Shown: positions 17,850 to 28,468, counted from the first letter of the stretch. The stretch: DNA of 64,000 nt from Longimicrobiales bacterium (GCA_965202805.1 OZ241869.1:2720001-2784000), one strand, 5' to 3'. Numbers and translations are program-made. The notes: generated from the letters alone by a model not told the origin.

Positions 17850-18587
17850 ATGACCCGTCCTCGCGTCTACAAGGCAGCCAACCCGGGGCCGTTCACTCTC
17901 GACGGGACCCGGACCCACGTCGTGGGGCGTGAAGCGGCGGCGGTCATCGATCCGGGCCCTGACGATCCCGAGCACCTGCGCGCGCTCCGGGCCGCGGTGG
18001 CGGGTGCGCGCCGGGTCGCGGTGCTGGTGACCCACGATCATGCCGACCACTCCGGCTGCGCCCGCGCCCTGGCGGACGCGCTGGGGGCGCCCCTCCTCGG
18101 ACCCTGCCGCGACGCGGACGGGCCCCTCGCCGACGGGGACGCGGTGGAGACGGACCGGGGCGAGCTGGTCGCCGTGGACACGCCGGGCCACTGCGCCGAC
18201 CACCTTTGCTTCCACTGGCCGCGCGCCCGGGCCCTGTTCGCGGGCGACCTGATGCTCGGCGAGGGCAGCACGACCTGGGTGGGGGAGTATCCGGGCTGCG
18301 TGCGCGACTACCTAGCGTCGCTGGAGCGGGTCGAAGCGTTGGCGCCCACGGCGATATACCCGGCGCACGGGCCTCCGATCGAGGATGTGTCCCCGGCACT
18401 CACCGCGTATCGCGAACATCGCGTCGAGCGCATCCGGCAGACGGAGTTGGCCCGGGGCGATCACCCTGACGCCAAGCCGGCGCAGCTGGTGACGACCATC
18501 TATGGAGACGAGCTGCCGCCCAGGCTGCGCGCCGCCGCCGAAGCCAGCATCGCGGCCATGCTCGACTATCTGGCCGGCGAAGGGTAG
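17850..18587 (+). CDS. MBL-fold metallo-hydrolase
   Basis: NPGPFTLDGT, THDHADH, TPGHCADH and PAHG motifs. Confidence 0.88.
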   Translation: MTRPRVYKAANPGPFTLDGTRTHVVGREAAAVIDPGPDDPEHLRALRAAVAGARRVAVLVTHDHADHSGCARALADALGAPLLGPCRDADGPLADGDAVETDRGELVAVDTPGHCADHLCFHWPRARALFAGDLMLGEGSTTWVGEYPGCVRDYLASLERVEALAPTAIYPAHGPPIEDVSPALTAYREHRVERIRQTELARGDHPDAKPAQLVTTIYGDELPPRLRAAAEASIAAMLDYLAGEG

Positions 18588-18668
18588 TATTCCCTTGACG
18601 CGGCGCGCGTTACCGGCGGCTGCCCGCGACTGCCGGACGCGCGCTTCTCCTTCACCGGGAGCCACGCC

Positions 18669-20156
18669 GTGATCGCCAAAGCACCGCGCCTGTCGACCGA
18701 GTTGGCGGAGGAACTCGTCCGGATCGTGGGGGCGGACGGGGTCATCACCGACCCCGCCCGGCTGATGGTATACGAGTCCGACGGGCTCACCGCCTACCGG
18801 TATCCGCCACGCGCCGTGGTGCTGCCCCGGGACGGGGACGAGACCGCCGGGGTGGTCCGGGCCGTCGCCCGGGCAGGCGTGCCCTTCGTGGCGCGCGGCT
18901 CGGGGACGGGTCTCTCCGGGGGGGCGCTCGCGGTCGACGGGGCGGTGGTGGTGTGCACGGCGCGCATGAACCGCATCCTCGAGCTCGACCTGCACAACCG
19001 GCGGGCGCGCATCCAGCCCGGAGTGGTGAACGCCCACCTCACGGCGGCGACCCGACCCCACGGGCTCTACTACGCCCCGGATCCCTCGTCGCAGAGCGCC
19101 TGCACCATCGGCGGCAACGTGGCCGAGAACTCGGGCGGGCCGCATTGCCTGAAGTACGGCGTCACCTCCCGCTACATCCGGGGGCTGGACGTGGTGCTCC
19201 CGGATGGAAGCCGGGTGTACCTGGGAGACCGCGGGCTCGACACCGGAGAACTGGACCTCGCGGGGCTCTTCGTGGGATCCGAGGGCTGCTTCGGGATTGC
19301 CGTCCAAATCGATCTGGAGCTGCTCCCGCTGCCGCAGGCGACCCACACCCTGCTCGGCATCTTCGAGCGGCTGGAGGACGCGGGACGGGCGGTGACCGCG
19401 ATCATCGCCGACGGCCTGCTCCCGGCGGCGCTCGAGATCATCGACCAGGCCACCATCCAGGCCGTGGAGGAGAGCATCTTCGCCGCCGGCTACCCGACCG
19501 ACGCCGCGGCCGCGCTGGTGGTGGAGTTCGACGGCATCGAGGCGGGGCTCGGGGCGGAGGCGGCGCGGGCCGAGGCCGCGTGCCTGGAGTGCGGGGCGCG
19601 CGACGTGCGCAAGGCCACCTCCGCGGATGCGCGCGCGGCCCTCTGGAAGGGAAGGAAGAAGGCCTTCGGCGCCATGGGCAGGATCGCCCCGGACCTGCTG
19701 GTGCAGGACGCAACCGTCCCGCGCACGCAGCTCCCGGACGTGCTGGCGAAGATCGCGGGCATCGGGGAGCGCTACGACCTGCGGGTCGCGAACGTCTTCC
19801 ACGCGGGAGACGGCAACCTGCACCCCAACATCCTCTTCGACCGGCGCGATGCCCGGGAGATGGAGCGGGTGGAACGGGCCTCCAAGGAGATCATGCGCAT
19901 CTGCGTCGAGGCCGGGGGCACCATCACCGGCGAACACGGCGTGGGGCTTGACAAGCGCGACTACATGTCGCTCATCCACTCCGACGACACCCTGCGGGCG
20001 ATGGAGTCGGTGCGCCGCGTCTTCGATCCCGCGGGGGTGTGCAACCCGGGCAAGGTGCTCCCGGACCGGATCCGGGACGCGGACCCGGGGCGCGTGGCTG
20101 TGGCAGGGACCGGGGAGGAGGCGTCCAGGGCCGTTCCCGCGGGCGCGACGGCATGA
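18669..20156 (+). CDS. glcD: FAD-linked glycolate oxidase subunit GlcD-like
   Basis: RGSGTGLSGGA, APDPSSQSACTIGGNVAENSGGPHCLKYG, HAGDGNLHP and GEHGVG. Confidence 0.9.
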   Translation: MIAKAPRLSTELAEELVRIVGADGVITDPARLMVYESDGLTAYRYPPRAVVLPRDGDETAGVVRAVARAGVPFVARGSGTGLSGGALAVDGAVVVCTARMNRILELDLHNRRARIQPGVVNAHLTAATRPHGLYYAPDPSSQSACTIGGNVAENSGGPHCLKYGVTSRYIRGLDVVLPDGSRVYLGDRGLDTGELDLAGLFVGSEGCFGIAVQIDLELLPLPQATHTLLGIFERLEDAGRAVTAIIADGLLPAALEIIDQATIQAVEESIFAAGYPTDAAAALVVEFDGIEAGLGAEAARAEAACLECGARDVRKATSADARAALWKGRKKAFGAMGRIAPDLLVQDATVPRTQLPDVLAKIAGIGERYDLRVANVFHAGDGNLHPNILFDRRDAREMERVERASKEIMRICVEAGGTITGEHGVGLDKRDYMSLIHSDDTLRAMESVRRVFDPAGVCNPGKVLPDRIRDADPGRVAVAGTGEEASRAVPAGATA

Positions 20157-21445
20157 GCCCGGAGAAGCTGAGCGGTTCGACGACGGTGAGCGATGAGGAG
20201 GCGGGCACCGAGCGCATGGGCGGAGAGGCGAACCCCGGGGCTCGGGACGGAGTGAACGGCGTGGCCGCGGTGGACGGCCGGTCGGTTGGGGCCGGCGGCG
20301 CGCCCGTGTTGGCGCCGGGGACCGTCGAGGAGCTGGGCGACCTGATGGCGGAGGCCTCCCGCGATGGCCGGCAGGTGCGCTGCATCGGCAACGCCAGCTC
20401 CCTCCCCCCCGGGTACCTGGACGCACCCGTGGACCTTGTGGTGAGCACGCGCGCGCTGGACACGGTCCACGCATACGACCCGGCGGACCTGACGCTCACG
20501 GCGGATGCCGGCGTCTCCCTCGCGCGGCTGGAACGGCTGACCGGCAAGCAGGGCCAGTGGCTCCCCCTCGACCCCCCCCGGCGGGCCCGGCGAAGCCTCG
20601 GAGGCGTCCTGGCGAGCGGAGCCTGCGGACCGCTGCAGGGGAAGTTCGGCACCCCGCGCGACCACGTCCTCGGGCTGACGCTGGTGACGGGCGACGGGCG
20701 CGTGCTCGAGCTGGGCGGCCGAGTGGTCAAGAACGTCGCCGGCTACGACCTGGTGAAGCTCGCGACAGGAAGCGGCGGACGGCTCGGGATCGTGACCTCC
20801 GCCACGGTGCGGCTGCACCCGCTGCCGGTGCGGGACGTGACCCTTCTCTACCAGACCCCACGGCTGGCGCTGACCGTGGTGCTGGCGCGCTCGCTCGCCA
20901 CCGCTCCGGTGCGCATCCCCGCGCTGGAACTGCTGGCGGGCCACGGCGAAGAGCCGACCGTGGCCGTTCGCCTGCTCGGCTCCCCGGAGGCGGTTGAGGA
21001 ATCCGAGCGCATCCTCAACGTGCGCGTGGGCCGGGAAGCCAGCCGCCGCCTCGAGGGTGAGGCATCCGCGCAGTGGTTCGCGGCGCTCGAGCGCTTTGAG
21101 GACGACGCGGCCGCGGTGGCGCGCGTCAGCCACCTGCCCTCGCACCTGGGCGACCTGGCAGAGCCCTGCGTGGAGTGCGGCACGGTGGCCGCGCACGTAT
21201 CGCTGGGGGTCTTGCGGGTGGCGGTGGGCAGGGACGGGGCCGTCGACCAGACCGCCGTCTCCGACGCGCTCGTCCGTCTCCGCGACGATGTCGTGAAGGT
21301 GGGCGCGACCTTCCGCGTCTCGCGCGCGAAAATCTCCCGGTGGCCCGGGCCCGAGCCCGCCACCTCACCGGGCGTCCTCGCCCTCACGCGCGGCATCGTG
21401 GACAGCTTCGACCCCGCCGGCGTGCTTTCCCGGCCGGGCTCCTAG
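20153..21445 (+). CDS. glcE: FAD-binding glycolate oxidase subunit GlcE-like
   Basis: 'YDPADLTLT' and 'GGRVVKNVAGYDL'. ATGA overlap with glcD. Confidence 0.85.
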   Translation: MSPEKLSGSTTVSDEEAGTERMGGEANPGARDGVNGVAAVDGRSVGAGGAPVLAPGTVEELGDLMAEASRDGRQVRCIGNASSLPPGYLDAPVDLVVSTRALDTVHAYDPADLTLTADAGVSLARLERLTGKQGQWLPLDPPRRARRSLGGVLASGACGPLQGKFGTPRDHVLGLTLVTGDGRVLELGGRVVKNVAGYDLVKLATGSGGRLGIVTSATVRLHPLPVRDVTLLYQTPRLALTVVLARSLATAPVRIPALELLAGHGEEPTVAVRLLGSPEAVEESERILNVRVGREASRRLEGEASAQWFAALERFEDDAAAVARVSHLPSHLGDLAEPCVECGTVAAHVSLGVLRVAVGRDGAVDQTAVSDALVRLRDDVVKVGATFRVSRAKISRWPGPEPATSPGVLALTRGIVDSFDPAGVLSRPGS

Positions 21446-21469
21446 GCCGCGGCACCGGGGAGCCGGGAG

Positions 21470-22198
21470 GTGTCTTCCATGTGGACCGCCGCCGCGCAAA
21501 TCGGAGGGATCTCGGAGAGCCTGAGCGCCAGCCCGCTCCTCGCGATGGGGCTGCTCTTCTGGGCCGGGGTCCTCACCAGCCTGACGCCGTGCGTCTACCC
21601 GATGATCCCCATCACCGCATCGGTGATCGCCGGGGCCTCCAGGGACAAGGCGCCGCGCGCACGCATCGTGGGGCTGACGCTCACATATGTGACGGGGCTG
21701 GCCATGTTCTACGCCCTCCTCGGCCTGCTGGCGGGGCTGAGCGGCACCCTCTTCGGCACGGTCAGCGCGAACCCCTGGGTGCGGTTTGCCACCGCCAACC
21801 TGCTCATCATCTTCGCGCTGGCCATGCTGGACGTGATTCCGGTCAGCGCGCCCAAGCGGCTGCTGCACTGGGCCGGCGGGCTGGGCGGCGGGTCCTATCC
21901 GGCGGTCTTCCTGTTGGGCGCCACCTCGGGCATCGTGGCGGCGCCCTGCGGCGCCCCCGCCTTCGCCGTGGTCCTCACCTGGGTGGCGGCGACCCAGGCC
22001 GGCGCCATGGGGTTCATCTACCTCTTCGTGTTCTCGCTGGGGATGACCTCGCTGCTGGTCGCGGTGGGGCTCTTCTCGGGCAGCGCCGCCTGGCTGCCGA
22101 AGTCGGGCGCCTGGATGGTATGGATCAAGAAGGCGGCGGGTATCATTATGCTGGGTGTGGCGGAATACTACCTGATTCAAACGGGACTCGTGATGTGA
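21470..22198 (+). CDS. ccdA: CcdA/DsbD transmembrane disulfide-reduction protein
   Basis: 'SLTPCVYPMIP' and 'AAPCGAP', about 6 TM segments. Confidence 0.88.
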   Translation: MSSMWTAAAQIGGISESLSASPLLAMGLLFWAGVLTSLTPCVYPMIPITASVIAGASRDKAPRARIVGLTLTYVTGLAMFYALLGLLAGLSGTLFGTVSANPWVRFATANLLIIFALAMLDVIPVSAPKRLLHWAGGLGGGSYPAVFLLGATSGIVAAPCGAPAFAVVLTWVAATQAGAMGFIYLFVFSLGMTSLLVAVGLFSGSAAWLPKSGAWMVWIKKAAGIIMLGVAEYYLIQTGLVM

Positions 22199-22725
22199 AT
22201 ACGGTCAGACGCAATCTCCTGGCGACGGTGGCGGTGCTCGGCGCCGTCGTGATGCTCTCAAGCGGCGCGGCCGCGCAGGAACGGGGCGAGATCGGCATCG
22301 CCGTCGGCGAGACGCCGGTGCCGCCGACGATCGAGAACCTGGACGGGGAGCCGGTCAATCTTGCGGACTACGTCGGCGAGCAACCCCTCCTGCTCGAGTT
22401 CTGGGCCAGCTGGTGCGAGCAGTGCGAGGCGCTGCAGCCCAGCATGGACGCCGCTTACGAACGCTACGGCGAGGAGGTCGGATTCCTCGCGGTCGCGGTG
22501 GCGGTGGCCCAGAGTCAGCGCGCCGTGCGCCGGCACCTGGAGCGGCACGCCATCCCCTTCCCGATGCTCTGGGACACCCGCGGCAACGCCACGCGCGCCT
22601 TCCTGGCACCGGCGACCGCCTACGTGGTCATCCTGGACGCGGAGGGCAAGGTCGCCTACACCGGCATCGGCCCGCAGCAGGACATCGTGCAGGCCGTGGG
22701 CGACGTGCTGGCGGTGGGCGGTTAG
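22195..22725 (+). CDS. TlpA/ResA family thioredoxin-like disulfide reductase (exported)
   Basis: FWASWCEQC and a signal peptide. The GTG start overlaps the ccdA stop (GTGA). Confidence 0.88.
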   Translation: MNTVRRNLLATVAVLGAVVMLSSGAAAQERGEIGIAVGETPVPPTIENLDGEPVNLADYVGEQPLLLEFWASWCEQCEALQPSMDAAYERYGEEVGFLAVAVAVAQSQRAVRRHLERHAIPFPMLWDTRGNATRAFLAPATAYVVILDAEGKVAYTGIGPQQDIVQAVGDVLAVGG

Positions 22726-25155
22726 TCACCCAACCGGCCGCCGCAGCTGTCCGAACTCATATTCCGCCGGGGGCTCCGCGCCCATGAGATGGCGCACGAA
22801 GTAGTCCCAGCGCTTGCGCATCATGTAGGGCTCGTTGCCAAAGCCGTGGCCCCGATTCGGGAACAGCACCAGGTCGAAGTCCTTGTTCGCGGCGATGAGC
22901 GCGTCCACCACCAGCATGGTGTTGGAGTGCGGCACGTTGGTGTCCATTGTGCCGTGGGCGATGAGCAGCTTGCCCTCGAGGTTCTCCGCCACCAACTGGT
23001 TGGCCTGGTTGTCGTAGTTGGTGGTGCCGTCGTCGTACTCCTCGAGCAGCCCCTGCCACTTCTCGCCCCAGTCGTCCTCGTAGTTTCGGTTGTCGTGGTT
23101 GCCCGCCTGGGACACCGCCACCTTGTAGAAGTCCGGGTAGCGCAGGATGCCGGCCGTTGACGCGAAGCCGCCCCCCGAGTGCCCGAAGATCCCCACCCGG
23201 TCGATGTCCATCCACTCGTGCCGCTCGGCGAGCTGCTGGATCCCGGTGATCTGATCGGGCAGGCCGTTGTCGCCCATGTTGCCGTAATACGCCTCGTGGA
23301 ACGCCCGTGAGCGCATCGGCGTGCCCATGGCGTCCAGCTCCACCACCACGAATCCCAGCTCCGCGATCGCCTGCAGATCCCGGTGCGCGGTGCGGAAGCT
23401 GCGGCTCCCGACGCTCCCGCTCTGCGGACCCGGATAGAGGTAGTTGACGATCGGGTACTTCATCGACGGGTCGAAGTTGGACGGGCGGAACATGAGCCCG
23501 TAGAGGTCGGTGACGCCGTCGCGCGCCTTGACCTCGAACGGGATCGGCGGCTGCCAGCCGGCTGCCTCCAGGCCGGAGATGTCCGCGCGTTCGAGCTCCA
23601 GCACGACCTCCCCGCTCATGTCGCGCACGACGCTGACGGGCGGCGTCACGGGGGTGGACCAGGTGTCGACGAAATAGTCGCCGTCGGGCGAGCGCGAGAT
23701 AGTGTGGTCGGCGCTGTCCGGGGTGAGCAGCCGCACATCGCCGCCGTCGAGGCCGATCTGGTAGAGGTAGCGGAAGTAGGGGTCGCCGTCCTCGCGTTCG
23801 TTGCCGATGAAGAGCACGGTGCGCGCGTCGGCGTCTACTTCCAGCACCTCGAGGACATTCCACTCACCGGAGGTGATCTGCCGCTTCAGGTCGCCGGATT
23901 CCAGATCGTACAGGTAGAGATGGCTCCAGTTGTCGCGCCGGGAGAACCAGATGACCTCGCCGCTCTCCTCGAGGACGCGCCAGTTGTGGCCCCCGTCCCC
24001 GGACTCGAAGAAGGTCTCCACCCGCTCTTCCAGGATGTCGCGCACCGCGCCGGTGCGGGCGTCGGCGACGCGCAGCGTGGCCACCTTGTGGTCGCGGGAA
24101 CTCGACACGAAGGCCACCCCGGTGGCGTCGTCGCTCCATTCCACGTCCGCGAAGGTGCCGCCGCAGGCGACGTGGTCGCACACCGTCGAGCGGTGCTGGT
24201 CCGGAGGCATGTCGAAGCGCACCAGGCGTGAGTCGGCGGGCGCGTCCAGATCCAGCACCACGCGGTGGATCCGGAAGATCACCGAGTCCTCGGGCAGGGG
24301 ATAACGCCAGGCATCCAGCTCGGGATGACCCACCTGCGTGTTGACCATGTACATCATCCCTACGCCGCGCGCGTCGTGCTGGAAGGTCGCGATCCTGCGG
24401 CTGTCGGGAGACCAGCGGAGGACGGGGCGAGCGCTCCGCACCCAGCCCGCGTTGTTGGTCGCGTAGCCGAAGTCCTCCTCGCCGTCGAAGGTCAGCTGCG
24501 TCTCCTCCCCGCTCTGCGTCTCGCGCACCCACAGGTTGTGGTCGCGGATGAACGCCTCCCGCGCCTCGTCCGGCGAGACGACGCCGGCGGAGCGCCGGAA
24601 GGCCGCCTCGAAGCCCATGGAGATCGCCATGTAGTTGGCGCGGCGCTGTTCCGGGGAGCCCTCCAGCTCCTCGCAGCGGTAGGCGATCGTGCTGCACCGG
24701 AAGGCGCGTCCATCGTCGCTGAAGTCGTCCCCTTCGGGCGCGAAGAGGACCACCGCGGCCTGCGGGATGAACTGCCCGGGTGGCAGGCCATCCGCCGTCG
24801 CGCCCGCGCCGGCGACCTCCGACAGGGCGTTCGCCATGCGCCCGTGGTCGAAGGCGGGTGCCCGGGTGCCGGCCCCGGGGTCGACCATCACGTATTCGCC
24901 GCCCTCCGGCGCCCGATTGTGGTACCAGAAGCGCCCGTCCGGCGTCCAGTTGGGGTCGACCGCGCCGTTGAACACCAGCGGGTTCATGTGCTCCCCGAGG
25001 TGCCGTTCCGCGCGGGCATAGTCCTCTGCGGTCAGGGCACGCGGCGCCTCCTGGGCGTGAGCGGGAATCGGGGCCAAGGTCGCAAGGACAGGCGCCAGAA
25101 TCAGAAAAAGAGACGACATATCGAGTCGTGTCGGATGCGATGTCGGCGGCCGCAT
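22726..25155 (-). CDS. S9B dipeptidyl-peptidase IV-like serine peptidase (secreted)
   Basis: DPP IV N-terminal propeller, YPGPQ, GHSGGG nucleophile, DTNV and HGF. GGAGGA RBS before 25155. Confidence 0.92.
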   Translation of the reverse strand: MRPPTSHPTRLDMSSLFLILAPVLATLAPIPAHAQEAPRALTAEDYARAERHLGEHMNPLVFNGAVDPNWTPDGRFWYHNRAPEGGEYVMVDPGAGTRAPAFDHGRMANALSEVAGAGATADGLPPGQFIPQAAVVLFAPEGDDFSDDGRAFRCSTIAYRCEELEGSPEQRRANYMAISMGFEAAFRRSAGVVSPDEAREAFIRDHNLWVRETQSGEETQLTFDGEEDFGYATNNAGWVRSARPVLRWSPDSRRIATFQHDARGVGMMYMVNTQVGHPELDAWRYPLPEDSVIFRIHRVVLDLDAPADSRLVRFDMPPDQHRSTVCDHVACGGTFADVEWSDDATGVAFVSSSRDHKVATLRVADARTGAVRDILEERVETFFESGDGGHNWRVLEESGEVIWFSRRDNWSHLYLYDLESGDLKRQITSGEWNVLEVLEVDADARTVLFIGNEREDGDPYFRYLYQIGLDGGDVRLLTPDSADHTISRSPDGDYFVDTWSTPVTPPVSVVRDMSGEVVLELERADISGLEAAGWQPPIPFEVKARDGVTDLYGLMFRPSNFDPSMKYPIVNYLYPGPQSGSVGSRSFRTAHRDLQAIAELGFVVVELDAMGTPMRSRAFHEAYYGNMGDNGLPDQITGIQQLAERHEWMDIDRVGIFGHSGGGFASTAGILRYPDFYKVAVSQAGNHDNRNYEDDWGEKWQGLLEEYDDGTTNYDNQANQLVAENLEGKLLIAHGTMDTNVPHSNTMLVVDALIAANKDFDLVLFPNRGHGFGNEPYMMRKRWDYFVRHLMGAEPPAEYEFGQLRRPVG

Positions 25156-25254
25156 GGTCTTCCTCCGATGCGGGGAAATGGTTTGCTTGAGGAAGATGGC
25201 CCGACGGCCTCCACCGGTGCAACGACAGCCAACCCTCATCGTTTAGTGCGCCTC

Positions 25255-25542
25255 ATGACCGACCGTTTGCCTGACGGGATCGTTCCGAGCCACTCCTCCC
25301 CCCTCTTCACGCAGGACACGCTCCCGGAGGCGTTGCAGCGGGAACACGCACTCGCGCCGGGGCACTGGGGCGTGCTCAACGTCCTGGAAGGCAGTCTGCG
25401 ATTCGTGAATCTCGAAACGCGCGAGACCCGGACGATCTCCGCGCCCGGCCGCGTCACGATTCACCCCCGGATACGTCACCACGTGGCCGTCGATGGCCCG
25501 GTACGCTGCAGAATCGATTTCTTCCGCGAGAGGCGGGACTGA
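25255..25542 (+). CDS. DUF1971 / TehB N-terminal-like cupin protein
   Basis: 'FTQDTLPEALQREH..GHWGVLNVLEGSLRF...HHV..DGPVRCRIDF'. Confidence 0.78.
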   Translation: MTDRLPDGIVPSHSSPLFTQDTLPEALQREHALAPGHWGVLNVLEGSLRFVNLETRETRTISAPGRVTIHPRIRHHVAVDGPVRCRIDFFRERRD

Positions 25543-25703
25543 CCAGGGAAAGCGAATCGCCTGAGGACTCTCCCCATCTCTTGACCCACAAGGGACCGAA
25601 TGGGACACTTCAAAGCTATCCTTCGACCCTCGGTTGAGAGCCGTTTTCAGGCCTGAGGGTGCCGCCTTGCCCCTTCCTGCCGCCATCCGCAGGAGCTGAC
25701 GCC

Positions 25704-27182
25704 ATGTCCGCCGATACAGCCACGATCGATATCTCGCGCGAACCCATCCGCAACTATGTCGCGGGCCGCTGGACGGCGCCGTCGGGCGCGGGCTCGCTGC
25801 CGGTCACCAATCCCACCACCGGTGAGCCCCTGGGACGGGTGCCCCTTTCCACGGGCGCGGATGTGGAAACCGCCGTTGCCGCCGCCACCGCGGCCTTCCC
25901 CGGTTGGCGTCGCACGCCCGCGGTCGACCGCGCCCGGGTCCTCTTCCGCCTGAAGCATCTGCTCGACGAGCACAAGGACACGCTGGCCCGCTCCCTGGTC
26001 ATCGAGCACGGAAAGAACCTGGACGAGTGCCGGGGGGAGCTTCAGCGCGGCATCGAGAATGTCGAACACGCCTGCGGCATCCCCACGCTGATGATGGGCG
26101 ATGTGCTGGAGGACGTGGCGCCGGGCATCGACTGCGAGGCCATCCGGCAGCCGCTCGGGGTCTTTGCCGTCGTCTCTCCCTACAACTTCCCCGTGATGAT
26201 CCCGATGTGGTTCTGGCCCTACGCCGTAGCCGCGGGCAACACGGTGGTGCTCAAGCCCAGCGAGCAGGATCCGCTCACCCACCAGCGGGTGGTGGAACTG
26301 GCCGAGCAGGCCGGCCTGCCCCCCGGCGTGCTCAATGTGGTGCACGGCGACCGGGAGGCGGTGACCGCGCTGCTCGAGCATCCCGGGATCGCGGGGGTCT
26401 CCTTCGTGGGCTCGAGCCAGGTCGCGCGCATCCTGTACAGGAAGGCGGGCGCGGCCGGCAAGCGCGTGCAGGCGCTCGGGGGGGCCAAGAACCACATGAT
26501 CGTGCTCCCGGACGCGGACTACGACCTGGTCGCCGACGCGGTGGTGTCGTCGATCTTCGGCTCGGCCGGGCAGCGCTGCCTCGCCGGCAGCGTCGTGGTG
26601 GGGGTGGCCGACGCCTACGCGAACATCCGCGAGCGCATCCTCGACCGCTCGGCCTCGCTGCGCGTGGGCAACGGGCTCGAGGACGGGGTGGACATGGGCC
26701 CGGTGATCTCCGCCGGCCACCGCGACCGGGTGGTGGGCTACATCGACAGCGGCGTGAAGGAGGGGGCTTCGCTGACGATGGACGGCCGCGACGCCAGCGT
26801 GCCCGGCTACCCGGACGGCAACTGGGTCGGCCCGACCATCTTCGAGGACGTGCACCCCGACATGGCGATCGGCAAGGACGAGATCTTCGGGCCGGTGATG
26901 GGCATGAGCCGGGTGGACACGGTGGAGGACGCCATCGAGCTCATGCACCGGAGCGAGTACGGAAACGCCACCTCGATCTTCACGACGAGCGGGCGCGCCG
27001 CGCGCGAGTTCCGTTACCACGCGGGCATCAGCATGATCGGCATCAACATCGGCGTGGCGGCGCCGATGGCCTTCTTCCCCTTCGGAGGCTCGCGCGGCTC
27101 CTTCTTCGGCGATCTCAAGGCTCAGGGCCGTGACTCCGTCGAGTTCTTCACCGACAAGCGCGTGGTGATCACGCGGTGGTGA
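25704..27182 (+). CDS. mmsA: CoA-acylating (methyl)malonate-semialdehyde dehydrogenase
   Basis: 'PYNFPVMIPMW', 'KPSEQDP', 'GGAKNH', 'GSAGQRC' and 'SFFGDL'. AGGAG RBS. Confidence 0.92.
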   Translation: MSADTATIDISREPIRNYVAGRWTAPSGAGSLPVTNPTTGEPLGRVPLSTGADVETAVAAATAAFPGWRRTPAVDRARVLFRLKHLLDEHKDTLARSLVIEHGKNLDECRGELQRGIENVEHACGIPTLMMGDVLEDVAPGIDCEAIRQPLGVFAVVSPYNFPVMIPMWFWPYAVAAGNTVVLKPSEQDPLTHQRVVELAEQAGLPPGVLNVVHGDREAVTALLEHPGIAGVSFVGSSQVARILYRKAGAAGKRVQALGGAKNHMIVLPDADYDLVADAVVSSIFGSAGQRCLAGSVVVGVADAYANIRERILDRSASLRVGNGLEDGVDMGPVISAGHRDRVVGYIDSGVKEGASLTMDGRDASVPGYPDGNWVGPTIFEDVHPDMAIGKDEIFGPVMGMSRVDTVEDAIELMHRSEYGNATSIFTTSGRAAREFRYHAGISMIGINIGVAAPMAFFPFGGSRGSFFGDLKAQGRDSVEFFTDKRVVITRW

Positions 27183-28468
27183 ACGCGCGCGCCGGCGCGG
27201 CACTGATCGAGCGCCAGCGCGCCTCCATCTTCCCGTGCGTGAAGCCGTTGTACGACGTGCCTCTGGTGCTCGTGGAGGCGGAGGGGGTGCGGGCCAGGGG
27301 CGCTGACGGGCGACAGTATCTGGACCTCTTCGCGGGCATCCTCACCACCTCCATCGGGCACTGCCATCCGCGAGTGGTCGCCGCCGTGCAGGACCAGGTC
27401 GCGCGCCTGGGCCACACCTCGAACCTCTACGTGACCGAGCCCTACGTGGCCGCGGCGGAGCGGCTCACCAGCCTCGCGCCCGCCGGCCTCGACCAGGTCA
27501 TGTTCACCAACAGCGGCACCGAGGCCATCGAGACGGCGGTCATGCTGGCGCAAATGCATACCCGGCGCAGCGAGATCATCGGCCTGCGGCTCGGCTACTC
27601 CGGGCGCAGCACGCTGGCTACGGGCCTGACCGGGCAGGCGCAGTGGAAGCCGCTCCCGGCGATGGCCCCGATCCGGCACGCCATCGCGCCGTATCCGTAC
27701 CGGCACGCCGACGGCGACAACGTCGACCGCTACATCGACGAGCTGGTCGAGGTGATCGAGACCACGACCACCGGACGGCCCGCCGCCCTGCTCGCCGAGA
27801 CCATCCAGGGGGTGGGTGGCTACATCGTTCCGCCGCCGGGATACCACACGCGTGCCGCCGAGGTGATCCGCGCCTACGGGGGCGTGTTCATCTGCGATGA
27901 GGTGCAGGCCGGGTTCGGACGCACCGGCGACCGCTGGTTCGGCATCGAGCACTGGGAGGTCGAGCCCGACATCATGGTGGTCGCCAAGGGGGTGGCGAAC
28001 GGCTTCCCGGTCGGCGGCACGCTGGCCCGCGAGGAGATCGCCGCCGCCTGGACGGGGCTCACCTTCTCCACCTACGGGGGCAGCCCGGTGTCCATGGTGG
28101 CCGCGCGCGCGACCATGGACGTCATGGTCGAGGAGAACACCCCCGCCCGGTCCGCCGAGCGCGGACGCCAGATGCGCGAAGGCCTGGAAGCACTCCAGCG
28201 CGACTATCCGTGGATCGGTGACGTGCGCGGAATGGGGCTGATGATCGCCCTGGAGCTGGTCGAGGACCCGGTCACCAAGGAGCCCGGCGCCAGGCTCGGC
28301 AAGGCGCTCCTGGAGGCTGCGCGCGAGGAAGGCGTGCTCATCGGGCTCGGCGGCATGGGCGGCCACGTGATCCGCATCGGCCCCTCCATGCTGATCACCC
28401 CGGAGGAGGTCGCAGAGGGGGTGGAGCGGCTGCGGCAGGCCTGCGCGCGGGTCGAAGCGGGGAGATAG
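27176..28468 (+). CDS. Class III PLP aminotransferase (AGXT2/beta-alanine aminotransferase-like)
   Basis: 'YLDLFAGILT', 'NSGTEA', 'DEVQAGFGRTG' and 'VAKGVANG'. Overlaps the mmsA stop. Confidence 0.9.
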   Translation: MVNARAGAALIERQRASIFPCVKPLYDVPLVLVEAEGVRARGADGRQYLDLFAGILTTSIGHCHPRVVAAVQDQVARLGHTSNLYVTEPYVAAAERLTSLAPAGLDQVMFTNSGTEAIETAVMLAQMHTRRSEIIGLRLGYSGRSTLATGLTGQAQWKPLPAMAPIRHAIAPYPYRHADGDNVDRYIDELVEVIETTTTGRPAALLAETIQGVGGYIVPPPGYHTRAAEVIRAYGGVFICDEVQAGFGRTGDRWFGIEHWEVEPDIMVVAKGVANGFPVGGTLAREEIAAAWTGLTFSTYGGSPVSMVAARATMDVMVEENTPARSAERGRQMREGLEALQRDYPWIGDVRGMGLMIALELVEDPVTKEPGARLGKALLEAAREEGVLIGLGGMGGHVIRIGPSMLITPEEVAEGVERLRQACARVEAGR

